DNA of 64,000 nucleotides, taken from assembly GCA_051294375.1 (NCBI GenBank), contig CM119265.1:8006772-8070771 (forward strand), in the 5' to 3' direction. Each line of letters opens with the position of its first letter. The stretch's first letter is position 1. The position numbers were made by a program, and so were the translations under genes. The DNA is from Paraspadella gotoi. Lineage: Eukaryota; Animalia; Chaetognatha. The notes under the pieces were generated by a model. The model had not been told where the DNA came from. It searched no databases and saw nothing but the letters and a program-made list of their open reading frames with translations. Below are positions 40,736-53,386 of this stretch, piece after piece.

Positions 40736-43700
40736 CGAACTCTACTCAATCACCGAGCGCCACCCACTTCCGGTTACGCGCAACGTCGGCCCTGCGCGTC
40801 GCCGCTGCTTTTGTCTCTCTCTCTCTCTCCACTCTCGCCGGCGAAACCCCGTTATGCAAATGAGGAGCGACGATTTCCATAAGTTCTTCAATGGTGGTTT
40901 ACTTACCCATGTCCGTTCTCCGTTAACTCACCCGAGTCTCGCNNNNNNNNNNNNNNNNNNNNNNNNNNNNNNNNNNNNNNNNNNNNNNNNNNNNNNNNNN
41001 NNNNNNNNNNNNNNNNNNNNNNNNNNNNNNNNNNNNNNNNNNNNNNNNNNNNNNNNNNNNNNNNNNNNNNNNNNNNNNNNNNNNNNNNNNNNNNNNNNNN
41101 NNNNNNNNTTTTTTTTCTTGCTCTTTTTTTTTTGGCGAACATTTGTTTCGTTGTTCGTCTGGTTGTTCTTTTATCGTCGTGGTCGGTTATCGAGTCGTTA
41201 CATCCGTCAATATCTGGTTCTTGTTATTTGTTGTTTTTTCTTCGTTGTTGTGGTTGTCGTTTACATCCGGGTTTTGATTTCTTGTTTTCAGTGTTGGTTT
41301 AAAAAAATGTATTTTGGCAGCTATTCGAGTCTTAAATTAATATAACAATTTAATCTTTGTTTCTCTCTCTTTCTCTCTCTCTCTCATCTCTCTCTCTCTC
41401 TCTCTCTCTCACCAAAAAGTACATTTGCGCAAGATGCCCCTCCTTTCTCCCGCAAAACCATTTATTCGCGACGCGCGGCCGTTCAACCTTTTGTTCTTNN
41501 NNNNNNNNNNNNNNNNNNNNNNNCCAAAGAGTACGCGGCATTTTTGCGCCTCCGCGATTCTTCCATTCTTCCATTCATCCGCCATCTGCCGGTTCTTCTC
41601 ATTTGTACTCTCTCTCTTTTTTTACTCCCAGGGAGAAAGTTTCATTAAGCGATCGTTATTTGTGACGGGAAAACCAAACGGGAAAGGTGGGCGAAGAGAG
41701 GGAGTGAGAAGGGGAGAGAGAGGAAGAGAGACGATGAGAAGAAGAGAGAGAGGAGAGCGACGGAGAGAGGACTAGAGAGAGAGAAGAGAGAGGGAGAGAG
41801 GAGAGACGCGATGAGAGAAAACAATCTTTAAGAAAGCGCCCAAGGAAAGTAAAATAAACCCGAAGAATAGAAAGTATAAACATATAAGGAAAGACAATAA
41901 GAGAAAGAAAGAAAGAAAGAAAAAAACAGATAGGAAAGAAAAAAGGAAAGAAAGAAAGAAAAAAAGAAAGAACAGAAAAGAGAACAAGGAAGAAGAAAAA
42001 AGAAAGAAAAGGACAAAAATAGGAGGAAACGGAGGAAAGAAAAGAGAAGGAAGTAAGACGAAAGAAAGAGAAAGATAGCAAGAGGACGGAAGGAAGGAGG
42101 ACTGCTGGAGAGTATGGTCAGTGTAAGTCCCGAGACTAGGAGACCCGCCCTCAGAGGGGTGAAAGAGAGTCAAGATACAGAAAGATAGGAGACACCAAAA
42201 AAGGACGAAAGAGAAGAAGAGAGAGAAAGGAAAAGCAGAAGAAGTAAGCAGACAAAGAAGAAAGTGTGCACAGCAAGGGCGAAAACAGGAAACGGAGTCA
42301 GAAACAAGAGACAAGGGGAGTTTGAGAGAAAGCGAATCTGGCCTAACGACAAGAAGCACGAGAACTGATCGAACATACCGCAACGAGACAAAAGATGCCC
42401 GGGAACGGCGCAAAACGAACATAGGAGGAGAGAGCGCCGAAGAAGGCACCTCCGCCAGCTAACAACCCCACAGCGGAATTTCTTGAGCAAATTTAGACAA
42501 CCCGAACAAAAGAATTGGGAAGTTGAGTGGGTGTCGGAGTCCTGTCGAACTTGACTTAGCCACGACTCCGAAAGAACACGCGGACAAGAACCCGACGATA
42601 TGTCGATCTCCAGCCCGCCGACGACCACCCCCGTCCATTTTATTCGTAGGACCGCCAATTCACGGGTGACCACGGCAAAAGCGGTCCGACCAAAAAACCG
42701 TAATCGCGAACGTACTCGGTCCGCATCTCGTCCACGTAGCGAAAATTTGCGCGTGAGAAGCCCACGGGCTCGAGATGCCCACACCTGTGGAAAATGAAGA
42801 AAGAAGAGAAAATATCAAACGCAAAGACAAAAACTAGAAAAGCGCAAATAATTGATATAGGAATTGACGTCCGAACCTACGAAGAAGAGCGAAAGAATAG
42901 GATAATATGGAAAAGGAGAAAGAAAGAAAGAGAAGAAAGGCCGGAACGGTAGGTTAAAATACAAGCTATAGTGTGGTGCAACGCCGAGAAAGAGAAAAGA
43001 AAGAAAGAGGTACACGTTGTATAAGAAGCGACACGGCAAATATCCGATAAGCAAGAAATAGACGAGTAATGAAACTGATAGAAAATATTAATTGAAATAA
43101 CGATATGCAACAAGAAAAGGATATTGAATTACGATTTAACTAAAGATCGACTCTAAAGAATATATGGTCTAAAAGAAACGGACCAAAAAGGAGTATTGTG
43201 GGGGGAAGAAAGACAAAAGAAGAGAATACGTACACAAGAAAAGAAAAGTTCGAGTATCGACAAAAATAATGAAAAGACCATAGCATCTTACGTTACACTG
43301 AGAGCTCGGGACAAGTAATTTTTTCAAGCCTTAATGATTTGTTAGCAAAAATCTGTATTTCTAAAAAAGCTCGGAAACCTAAGGTTAAGTGCGGTATAAA
43401 GTATATCTGTGAAGTCTCCTCCAGCGGCTCAGCTTCCGAATCAAGGTGTGTGCTTCTACAACCTTGCTCTGTCATAACAACGATTGTTATTTTTCAGAAG
43501 CAAAGAATAAACGGTTTACAATAAAAAGTAACAGAAGTTTACCAAACAAGTCGACCCAGATCAGATATGAATACTTTAAGCACGTCTTGTTAATTGTGTA
43601 TGATTTAGGCAACAAACCTCATTAAAGTGTGATATAGTGCGCTGATTGCAGCTTTAAAAGTCTACATACTTTAAACAAGCCTAGATGAGGTGTAATCAGA

Positions 43701-45248
43701 AAGGCTTCAATATTTAGTGAAAAAAAATTTTTTCTTATATTTAACATGCTTTGGGGGGTGTGTGGGTTAATTGGGGGTGTGGGTTCTGTGGCCCACTTAT
43801 TCAACCTCACCATGGGCTTAGTGCCCTATATTCCGCAACAAGCATGAAGCTCCCAAAAAAAAAACGCGACAAAGATAGCCCAAACCTCACCTAATCTAGT
43901 ATCTTTTCATTTTTAAAACCTGTGTGGGGTCGCCGGATTTACCATCCGCACTGCATTATTCTCGCCTCATTCTTTTTTTTTATGTCCGAATACTAGAGGG
44001 GGAGGATCTCTCTCTCCCTCTCTCTCACTCTCACTTCGCTATCATTTTCTCTTTCTCTTTCTCTCTCTCTGCTCATTTAAAGCTCATTTTCGTGGTTTCT
44101 CTCCTCGAAAAAAGGATTGATCCAAATTGACCTGGTTTTCTCCGAAAAAAATCCTCTTTGAGTTCGCAGATCTTTTTCCCCTCATTCTCNNNNNNNNNNN
44201 NNNNNNNNNNNNNNNNNNNNNNNNNNNNNNNNNNNNNNNNNNNNNNNNNNNNNNNNNNNNNNNNNNNNNNNNNNNNNNNNNNNNNNNNNNNNNNNNNNNN
44301 NNNNNNNNNNNNNNNNNNNNNNNNNNNNNNNNNNNNNNNNNNNNNNNNNNNCTCTCTCTCTCTCTCTCTTTGAGCATTTGCTTCTCAGTGGGTTATCGTC
44401 TTTCTAATTTAAAAGTAGAATATATGTAGTTATTTTCGAAAACGGCATCAGTATTATTAGCTAGAGATATTTATTTTATTTTTGTTAAATGATGATTATC
44501 CATAACCCAATTAGGGTATGTTTGATTTTTAATACTTTTCTTTACTTTTTCAGGCAAACTATTCGAAAATAACTTCATCTTATTGATGCTTCGAGAATGC
44601 GTGTCCCCTTAAGAATACATCCAATTCCGTCGAAACTCGAAAAAAAAACCGTCAACGTGAGAAATTAAGATCGGTTGACGACGACGACGACAACGACGAC
44701 GACGACAACGACGACGACGACGACGGAAGACGACATTCGCCAGGACTCAAATTTCTTTTCGTTCGTAACGAATTTTCTTCGCGAAAATCGGGAATTCGAT
44801 CTTCGCTTTTTTCTTTCTTTTTTTTTTGCCTTCGGGCGAAGAAGTAACCGGATCGCATCTCGTGCGCGGCGCCCATTAAAACCCGCCCCCCCTCTCCTCC
44901 CCCCTTTATCTGGCTCTGCCTCTCTTCCCTGCCTGCGCTTTCTCTTTCTCACCCGCCTCCCTAAAGCAGGGCGTTAAATCCAATATACTTTGGGTGTTAA
45001 ACGAAATACAGAGCGCGATGGCAGAATTAAAGCTTATTTTCCGAAAACTCTCATTTGTTTCAACTGTCGGTCTCCATTATTATAATTATTTTAAATTATA
45101 TTCTTATGTCAAATTCTGGTGATTATTATGTTTTATACTAGACGCAGTGCCTTCGTTTTTTTCGCGAGAGCCTTATTTATCTGCTCAACTCTGTATTTCA
45201 TTTCGCCTCTGTCTCTTACTTTGATTCTTTTTATTGATATACATCTCA

Positions 45249-45283
<35 letters not shown>

Positions 45284-45589
45284 NNNNNNNNNNNNNNNNN
45301 NNNNNNNNNNNNNNNNNNNNNNNNNNNNNNNNNNNNNNNNNNNNNNNNNNNNNNNNNNNNNNNNNNNNNNNNNNNNNNNNNNNNNNNNNNNNNNNNNNNN
45401 NNNNNNNNNNNNNNNNNNNNNNNNNNNNNNNNNNNNNNNNNNNNNNNNNNNNNNATGACGCGACGTCTCCTCTGTTGTTTTACTCGCTTTCACCTCACGA
45501 TGCTGCAGTGTGATTTCCACTCGCCTTCTCTCACGATTCTCACAATTTATTTCGTTCAACAGTTACTCACGCTCTCTTCTTTTTTCCAC

Positions 45590-45805
45590 TCATTTTCTTC
45601 TTTTCCTTCTTTTTCTCCTTTCCTTCTTTTCCTTCTTTTCCTTCTTTTCCTCCTTTCCTTCTTTCCTTATTTTCCTCCTTTTCCTTCTTTTTCTTCTTTC
45701 CTTCTTTTCTTTATTTTGCTTCTCTTTCTCCTATTCTTATTTTTCTCCTTTCCTTCTTTCCCTATTTTTCCTTCTTTCCTTCTTTTCCTTCTTTTCCTCC
45801 TTTCC
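45590..45805 (+). repeat. Pyrimidine-rich 9-12 bp repeat (ccttctttt)n
   Basis: Repeated ttttccttc units. Confidence 0.75.
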
Positions 45806-47084
45806 GGAAGAGAGGAGAGGAGAGAGAACAAGAGAGAGACCTGAGAGAGAGCGAGGGAGAGAATGACGAGAGATTAGAGAGAGAGAGAGCAGAGAGAGAG
45901 AGAGGGAGGGAGAGAGAGAGAGAAATTTTCCTGGTTCCCAATCTGCGATAGTTTGAAAAAAAAGTTCTGACTTTCAGGTTTTTTTTCTTCTTCTCTCGAA
46001 ATCGAATTCAAGAACGAAAAAATTAGAATTTTTTCCCTAATATAAAATTCAGTTAAAATGAGGATGATGAGATGAGAGGAGAGAGATGAGAGAGAGCATG
46101 GAGGAGAAAGAGAGATGATCGAGAGAGAGGAGAGGAGAGGAGAGGGAGCAGGAGAGAAGAGAGAGTAGACGAAGGAGAAAACGGAAACGCGAGCTCGAAT
46201 AGCTGCGCAGGTATTGCATATCAAAGCCGAAGTAAAGAATAAGAATTTGAAAAAAAATAATTTTTTAAACAAATCTGAAATTCAAATTTTTTCCGATTTC
46301 GTACGTCGTGCCGCGCCCGCCGCCGCCGCCGCCCGGCCGCGCGCCGGCGCGCGCCGCCTGCCGCCCGCCGCGCCGCCGCCGCAACGCGCCCAGCCGTCAC
46401 CCCTGAGCCGCGGCAATAACCTCCCCTCTTTCCGCTTGAGAGGATAATGCCTCATTAATATAGTATCTTATTAATGTTGAGATTCCCGCTCCCCTTTGAC
46501 CCCAATGGCGCGGCGAAGCCTGGGTAATCGAACGCGACACAACGGACGACGACGACCGGACGACGCGACGACGACGACGACGACGACGACGTTTCGAAGC
46601 CATTATGGTTGTTCTCTTTCAAAATTGCGATCGCCAAATCAAACTTTACCCGAACCGAAAGAAGAAGGCAGACAAGAGAGAGAAGACAAGAGAAGAAGAG
46701 GAGAAGATGAGGAGAAGAGAGAGAGAAAGAGAGAGAGAGAAAGGTACCAAATGAAAGAGGAGGACTTTGAATTCTNNNNNNNNNNNNNNNNNNNNNNNNN
46801 NNNNNNNNNNNNNNNNNNNNNNNNNNNNNNNNNNNNNNNNNNNNNNNNNNNNNNNNNNNNNNNTGACCGCCGGAAGCAAAGATGTTCCAACAGGGATGAC
46901 GCATCGTATCTATTGTCTCTTTGGCGCAGGCGAGTCCAGTCGAAACGCGATCGATCCAAATTTAGAAACAGCATCCCTCTAACCAATTTTTTCAGTTCCT
47001 TTTTTTTCGTTGAAATGTTTGTTTACGAGTAAACAACATCGACACCTGGGTTCAGTCTTTTAGTTTGTAAACAAAACTGCTTTC

Positions 47085-47163
<79 letters not shown>

Positions 47164-48850
47164 GCTACAGCTGCAGGTTCAGCCGGTTCTCTCTCCCAAC
47201 CCCACCTTTCCTTTCCCTTCTTCCCGGAACCTCAATAAATACCATCTTAAGGAAGTAAACACAGAGAGGCGCTTATCTGGTCTTCTACCGAAGAATCGAC
47301 GAGAAATTGAAGTTTGCCCCGAGGGGGGGGAATGAGAAAAGAGCGTGGGAGGGAGGGGAAATGTGCAGAGTGAGGTGAAGGAGAATAGAGGAGAAAAGGA
47401 AAGAAAGGAGAGAATTAGAAAGGAGAGAGAAGTAGATTCAATTTCAACAAAAGCAAAATCAGGTGGAAGAAGGCAATCACGAGGCGTTTTATTCCAAACT
47501 TTCTCTACCTTTTTTGGGCAAAGGAGTAGCTTTTTGCTCCAGAAATCCAATAGATTCCCACCTGATTATTCTTATTATTATTATCTACTGGGGAAACTAA
47601 GTAACGACAAAGAAGAAGCTGACAAAGACAGCCATGTCAATGACAAAGACACCAATGACATCGTCGACGACGATCATGACCCTCCCTCCCGAGACTGAAC
47701 GCTGTTTACTCGTTGTCTTCCTTAAAAATGGTTCCTTTCCTCCAGAATGGGAGTAAGGATCGAGGCTCTCTCTCTCTCTCTCTCTATCACTCTCTCCGTT
47801 CTCCTCTCTCTCATTCTCTCTCTCTCTCTCTCTCTCTCATCTCTCTCTTCTCTCGTATCTCATCTCTCTCTCTGCTCCTCCTCTCTTTCCATAGACAAAC
47901 AAATGAGAAAAAAAAGTGGTCACTTTTTTCCCGTCCCAGATTACGTGTTAGATAAGGTTGACGCTGATTTCGATGTGACTCAATGGCGAGTTTTCTTTAT
48001 CGAATTTCTATTCTTCCGCAGCCTTCGTCTGCTCTACTCTCTCGCTCGTTCTCCTCCACTCTTCCTCTCCTCATCTCTCTCTCCATCACTTAGTCTCCTC
48101 TCTCTCTCTCTCATCTCTCGCGATCTCATCGTTCTCTCTCTCTCTCTCCTCTCTTCGGTCTTTCTCCAGTTTTCTGCCTCGCTTTTTTTTTCTAAACATT
48201 TTCTTTTATTCTATTTTTTGTTTTCATGTTTTCTCATTCAGTTTTTTTGTTCTTCATCTTATTTTTCATTCTGAATTCGACATTTTTCTTTTTAAAATCT
48301 TTTTTTTCTCTGGATTTTTTTTTAAACAAAACCAAAAAAAAAGAAGAAAACGAAAAATAAAAAAAAAATTCTCAGAGAACGCGATTGGGTCGTTCGCCTT
48401 TTGTTTGTCTCTCGCGTCGAGAAACTGATTAAACAAAGGAACACCCCTCCCCATTTTTCTCTTTCCTCCTTCCTCTCTCGCCACATTTTTTCTTCTTTTT
48501 TCTCTCTTTTTCTCTTTCCTCTTTCCTTTCTCGGTTTCTTCCTCGTTTTTTTCTTTTCCCTTTTCCTTTCTTTCTCTTTCCTCCTTCCTATCTTTCCTAG
48601 TTTCTTTTTCTTTTCTTCCTCCTCCTCTCGTCTCACCTCCATCTTTTTCCCGTCTTTTTCTTTCTCCTTTCCTCCTCCCTCCACCTCTTTTCTTCTTCCT
48701 CCTTTATTCTAAATCCTCTCCTTTTTCACTTCCTTCTTCCCTTTCTCCCTTTTCTCTTTTTCTTTTTTTTTTTTATTCTTTTTCTCTTTCCTTCCTTATG
48801 CGCCGTCCGATGCGTAATTTCGCACAATGAGCGCGATTGGAGGGGGGGGT

Positions 48851-49092
48851 TCATTGTATTGACAAACGCATATGAATGAGATCTGAGTCTTCGATAATCA
48901 ACAGCCGCCCCTCTGCATTTTCATCGTCGTCCACATCGTCGTCGTCGTCGTCGTCGTCGTCGTCTTCCCATCCTTCCTTTTTATTTAGTTCATCGATTTT
49001 TTCCTCCGTGTTAATTATATTTTTACATTTTCTTCGCCTTTTACAATTCTCCACATGCCGCCTCGTTTTCTCAACGACATCTAAAGGGCTCG
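48851..49092 (-). CDS. Candidate terminal exon, acidic
   Basis: Acceptor cttttgtttgccAG, then SPLDVVEKTRRHVENCKRRRKCKNIINTEEKIDELNKKEGWE-polyD-ENAEGRLLIIEDSDLIHMRLSIQ*. Confidence 0.35.
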
Positions 49093-50054
49093 CTGGCAAA
49101 CAAAAGCGCAAAAGAGAGTCTCTCGCGCCAAGATTGAAAAAAAAAAATTAATTATTTTAATTTAAAGTTGTCTGCAAAAGCTGCTTTTTTCGTCGCAAAG
49201 CCGAGTCTGAATAAATAAAAAATTTTATTAATTAAAAAAATTAAGGGCGCGCGTGAGTCGCAGTAGCGTGTGTCCTTGATGCCGACGCCTTTCGCTAATA
49301 ATATCGGTCCAACCGAAACCCGATTAAACTCTTTAGTCAATAAATTCGTTTCAAGACAAAAGATAAAGCATCTGGTTAAGTCGTGATTCAATTTTGGTTT
49401 GTTTATACATTTATAAACGGGCGAATTGATTAAACTCCATCCCTCAGTCCGTGGTTCGTTCGTTCCGCCAACGAGATGTCGCTTCGAATGTTCTTTTGTT
49501 TTCATCGCCAAATAGTCTTTTACTTTTCAGTCTAAAGAACTTTTTTTTTTCTTCTGAAAATTAAGCTCTCGGACTCTCGGAATCGAAAGTCGTCTCCCGG
49601 AGAAAAGCAAACATCGGGAGAAAGGGAGAAAAAAAAAGCGAGGGAACAATTTATTTCTTTGTTTTCGTTTGGGCGGCAGCTGCGGCGACGGCTGCAAGAC
49701 GGCTGCGGCAAAGGCGGCTGCGGCGGAAACGGCGCGTGAGCAGGGAAAAGACCCGACCGAGGCAGGAAGTTAATGCATTCGAAGGTCCACCTGACACAGC
49801 AAAAAAAAAAGGTGGGACTGAAGGGAAAAGCGGTTCCGGTTTCGGAGTGGAAATCGGTATTGGATTGACGTGGAATCGGTGTGGAATTAGTGTGGTTCCG
49901 GTGTGCCAGCGGTGTGATCCTTATGAAGTCGGTTTGATATCAGTTTGAATATCCAATTGATGTGACATTTGAATCGAACGATCACGTGATTTCTTTCACA
50001 GACGTCTCGTTGACGCCAGGCAAACGAACGAGTCCACCGCTGCTGCTGCCGCAG

Positions 50055-50193
50055 CTAAAGCCGCCGCCCCCCCTGCTGTTGCTGTTTTAACTTCGTTTCC
50101 ATTTCGACGCCACGAAGGTTCGGGTCACGACGAGAATGCGAAGAGCCGCCGCGTCTCCCTGGGGAAACGCCCACGGTCGCAACAACGTCTCTT

Positions 50194-50235
<42 letters not shown>

Positions 50236-50444
50236 GGTGACTGTTTTTCGAATGTTTTTGTTCCTGTTTCCTCCGTTTTTCGTTGTTTTTCGATGTTCCT
50301 TTCTTCTTCGTCGACTAAGTTGGTTTTCTCGTCGTCGCTGTGGTCGTCGTGGTTGACATCGTCGTCTTCATCGTCGTCGTCGCCGTCGTCACGCCTTCGT
50401 TTCCTCTTGCGGTTTCGACGTTTAAAGTCCATTTTCTTAGACAA
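50055..50444 (-). CDS. Acidic/basic low-complexity ORF with NLS-like KRRNRKRKRRR
   Basis: 129-codon ORF, partly derived from (GAC)n. Confidence 0.22.
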
Positions 50445-50449
50445 TTAAG

Positions 50450-50481
<32 letters not shown>

Positions 50482-50903
50482 NNNNNNNNNNNNNNNNNNN
50501 NNNNNNNNNNNNNNNNNNNNNNNNNNNNNNNNNNNNNNNNNNNNNNNNNNNNNNNNNNNNNNNNNNNNNNNNNNNNNNNNNNNNNNNNNNNNNNNNNNNN
50601 NNNNNNNNNNNNNNNNNNNNNNNNNNNNNNNNNNNNNNNNNNNNNNNNNNNNNNNNNNNNNNNNNNNNNNNNNNNNNNNNNNNNNNNNNNNNNNNNNNNN
50701 NNNNNNNNNNNNNNNNNNNNNNNNNNNNNNNNNNNNNNNNNNNNNNNNNNNNNNNNNNNNNNNNNNNNNNNNNNNNNNNNNNNNNNNNNNNNNNNNNNNN
50801 NNNNNNNNNNNNNNNNNNNNNNNNNNNNNNNNNNNNNNNNNNNNNNNNNNNNNNNNNNNNNNNNNNNNNNNNNNNNNNNNNNNNNNNNNNTCGCCTTTTT
50901 TTT

Positions 50904-51242
50904 TTATTTTCGCGGAAATCCCATTAGGAGGCGCGAGAGGCGCTGATCGATCATTTGTCTCAGACGATGGAATCCTTGGAATAACAGAAGAGCAACGACG
51001 GTTTCCCGAGACTCGGACAGGGCGTCGGGTGTTGGGGAGGGAGACTGCGGGAGGGTGAAGGGAGAATCGGAGTCCGGGGTCCGCGTGACCAATTTGGTGA
51101 AAAGGGATGTAGCGGAAAGGCTTCTGTGTACGAGAACCACGACGACGATGATGACGACGACGACAATGACGACGACGAAAAGTATTTCCATATCCTTTTC
51201 GATCCTATCTTTCTCCCTGGAACTCTCCTCTCCAGTCAGGGT
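50904..51242 (-). CDS. Possible terminal exon D (TLTGEESSREK...poly-Val...FPRK*)
   Basis: Polypyrimidine tract with an atypical GAG acceptor at 51243-51245. Phase 0 matches exon C; open to the TAA at 50904. Confidence 0.3.
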   Translation of the reverse strand, partial: TLTGEESSREKDRIEKDMEILFVVVIVVVVIIVVVVLVHRSLSATSLFTKLVTRTPDSDSPFTLPQSPSPTPDALSESRETVVALLLFQGFHRLRQMIDQRLSRLLMGFPRK

Positions 51243-51361
51243 CTCGAGGAAACGGGAAAAAAAAGTAGGTCAAACTCGGAAGGAAAAAAACTCATTAATC
51301 GGGACCAGATTTGGATTCCGCGTTGCGTTCGGCGTCGCCTGATTTTGACTGAAATACTTAC

Positions 51362-51446
51362 TGTCGCCTGACTGTATTCAGCTTTGATATTTGATTGCAA
51401 TACGTATGATGTGAATCGGTTCAGTAATCTGACAGCCTCTAGGCAC
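51362..51446 (-). CDS. Exon C, 85 nt (CLEAVRLLNRFTSYVLQSNIKAEYSQAT)
   Basis: Follows a 47-nt GT...cttgtcAG intron; donor ACA|GTAAGT. No stops; globular-looking sequence. Confidence 0.55.
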
Positions 51447-51493
51447 CTGACAAGTCGCGTGTCATAATCGTTACAAATGCGACAGACACCTAC

Positions 51494-51547
51494 CTTAGGG
51501 GAAAGGCGTTGACAGTGCTGTGCCAGGACTCCTCTGCCGCAGCAACG
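51494..51547 (-). CDS. Exon B, 54 nt (SVAAAEESWHSTVNAFPLR)
   Basis: Follows an 85-nt intron ending ttttttgtgtgtaagttaaag; donor CTAAG|GTAGGT. Phase 2-2, in frame with exons A and C. Confidence 0.5.
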
Positions 51548-51632
51548 CTTTAACTTACACACAAAAAAGTTTTCTATTTTCGGTTTTACTTTTTCAGCTC
51601 ACCGTACCGAAGCTGTAACATATGGTACTTAC

Positions 51633-51740
51633 CTTTCAATTTTCTTTGTTTCCACAACACTTTTTTTATTCACACGCAAACACCCTTGCAACTTTGGACC
51701 TCGATAAACAATCCCCAATTTTCACCTTTGAACTTCCTAC
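51633..51740 (-). CDS. Exon A of unnamed spliced gene (RKFKVKLGIVYRGPKLQGCLRVNKKSVVETKKIE)
   Basis: Ends at donor GAAAG|GTAAGT (intron starts 51632), phase 2. The 5' part has indels and is in frame only when read from the inverted copy at 53360-53386. Confidence 0.45.
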
Positions 51741-53386
51741 TCAACCCACATAAGCTCGACAGATGAAGAATCGCCCGGTCATTACGGCCAGCCACCGTTG
51801 CGATTATTGGTGGATGGTAGGACGCTCTCTGCGATAACGTAAGCGCTCGCGTTGCAAGAGAAGGGGAAACAGAGGAGAGAGAGAGAGGAGAGGAGAGGAG
51901 GGACGGAGAGAGAGAGACAGAGAGACGAGAAAAGAGGGGGAGAGGCCCGAGAGCCCGAGAATCGGAGCGAGGAGGAGAGCGGGAGGAGAGAAAGAGAGAG
52001 AGAGAGGAGGAAGGGAGGAGAGGAGAGAGAGAGGGACGGAGAGGGAGAGGGGAAGGGGGAGAGAGAGGAGGGGGAGGAAATATAAATTCTCAAAAAGTTA
52101 GATCTTAATAATAAACCCCGGTATACCGTTATTTATACTCATCTTTTATTTAATTTGTAGTTAAAAACAAACAACGCGCCGTGTCTTCTTTAATTCGATT
52201 GAAACCAAAGGAAAACAGCGCAATCAAACCAAAAAAAATGAAGCAGAAAAGGAGGAATCTGTTGTGATTCACTTGACACACGGCCTTAAGGAGGCTGCGG
52301 TCTCCCCGCCCGCCGCCGCCGCCCGCCGCCGCCGGCTGCGGGCCCGGACGGTTTCTTAGCTTCCAACTGTTGCCTCCGCCTTCGTCGGAAGTTCAAATCA
52401 GCCTGGAACAAAATTGACGCGAGGGGGCGACTCGAGGCCGTAAGCGCGACGGCCGAATGTGGGCGGGGCCATCCAGGGCGGGACCAGTGGGCGGCGTGGG
52501 AAAACCGCGAAGTTGCGGGCGCAAAATCAGAGTGGGGTCTACGTGGTGTTCTTTCTGGGATGGGATGGATTGGGTTTTCGTCCAGTACTGCACCGGCCCG
52601 CAGCCGGGAAAGCTGGGGGAATAAAACGCGAAAAAAATGAGGCATTCAAAAATATAAACACGTTTTTGCGTCGGCGGTAACCGAAGGAACGTAAGGGGAC
52701 GCGAACGGGGTCGCCATGCGGACGACGACGACGACTGACGGACTACAGGTCGCCAGGACTACATCTTTCTTTCGTGCAGGCAATTAAAAAAACGTTATTT
52801 CGTCAGGCGAGCGAAGAAGCTTCGTTTTTTGAGGAGAGGGGGGGGGTAGGGGGTAGGAAGACGGAGGAAACGAGAGAAGCGACTTTCGAGGGAGGGCGGG
52901 AAATTGGGGTGGGGAAAAGAGACAGAATGGAAGCGAAGTTGATTGGAAAATATAATCTATGTTTTCCTTATTAAAACCTTGAAGCAACTTGTGTAAGTGA
53001 GGAAGCGGACGTACGGCAGGATTAAGGCATGAGAAGCGGAAGGCAGAGAGATGAGAAGGATGGAACGGGAAAACTACAGGACGAATGAGAAGATGCGGGC
53101 GACGGGACGGAGCAGTACAATGCCGGAGACTGGCCCGCTGCCTCATAACGTTTGATTACAATCAAAAAAAGAGAGAGGAGAGAGAGAGAGAGAGAGGAGA
53201 AGGAGAGAGGAGAGAGAGGGATGGAGGAGAGGAGACGAGAGATGAGAGAGAGAGGAGAGAGAGCGTTTCCTTTACCTCCCAATAATCGCCAACGGTGCGG
53301 CTGGCCGTAATGACGGGCGGATCTTTCATGCTGTCGAGCTTTTATTGTGGTGTTGCAGTAGGAAGTTCAAGGTGAAATTGGGGATT
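51710..53386. repeat. Inverted repeat pair, arms 51710-51830 and 53257-53386
   Basis: aatccccaattttcacctttgaacttcctac...attacggccagccaccgttgcgattattgg vs ccaataatcgccaacggtgcggctggccgtaat...gtaggaagttcaaggtgaaattggggatt. The right arm ends next to the 25-N gap at 53401. Confidence 0.9.

Noticed and set aside
41656-43290. ORFs 41772-42449 and 42170-42784 (over 200 aa)
   Set aside because: Strongly T-poor, A/G-skewed stretch beside a 25-N gap. The skew removes stops and it looks like low-quality long-read sequence.
43290-43530. Possible plus-strand micro-exon chain or minus-strand exon
   Set aside because: Splice combinations tried run into stops quickly; strand unresolved.
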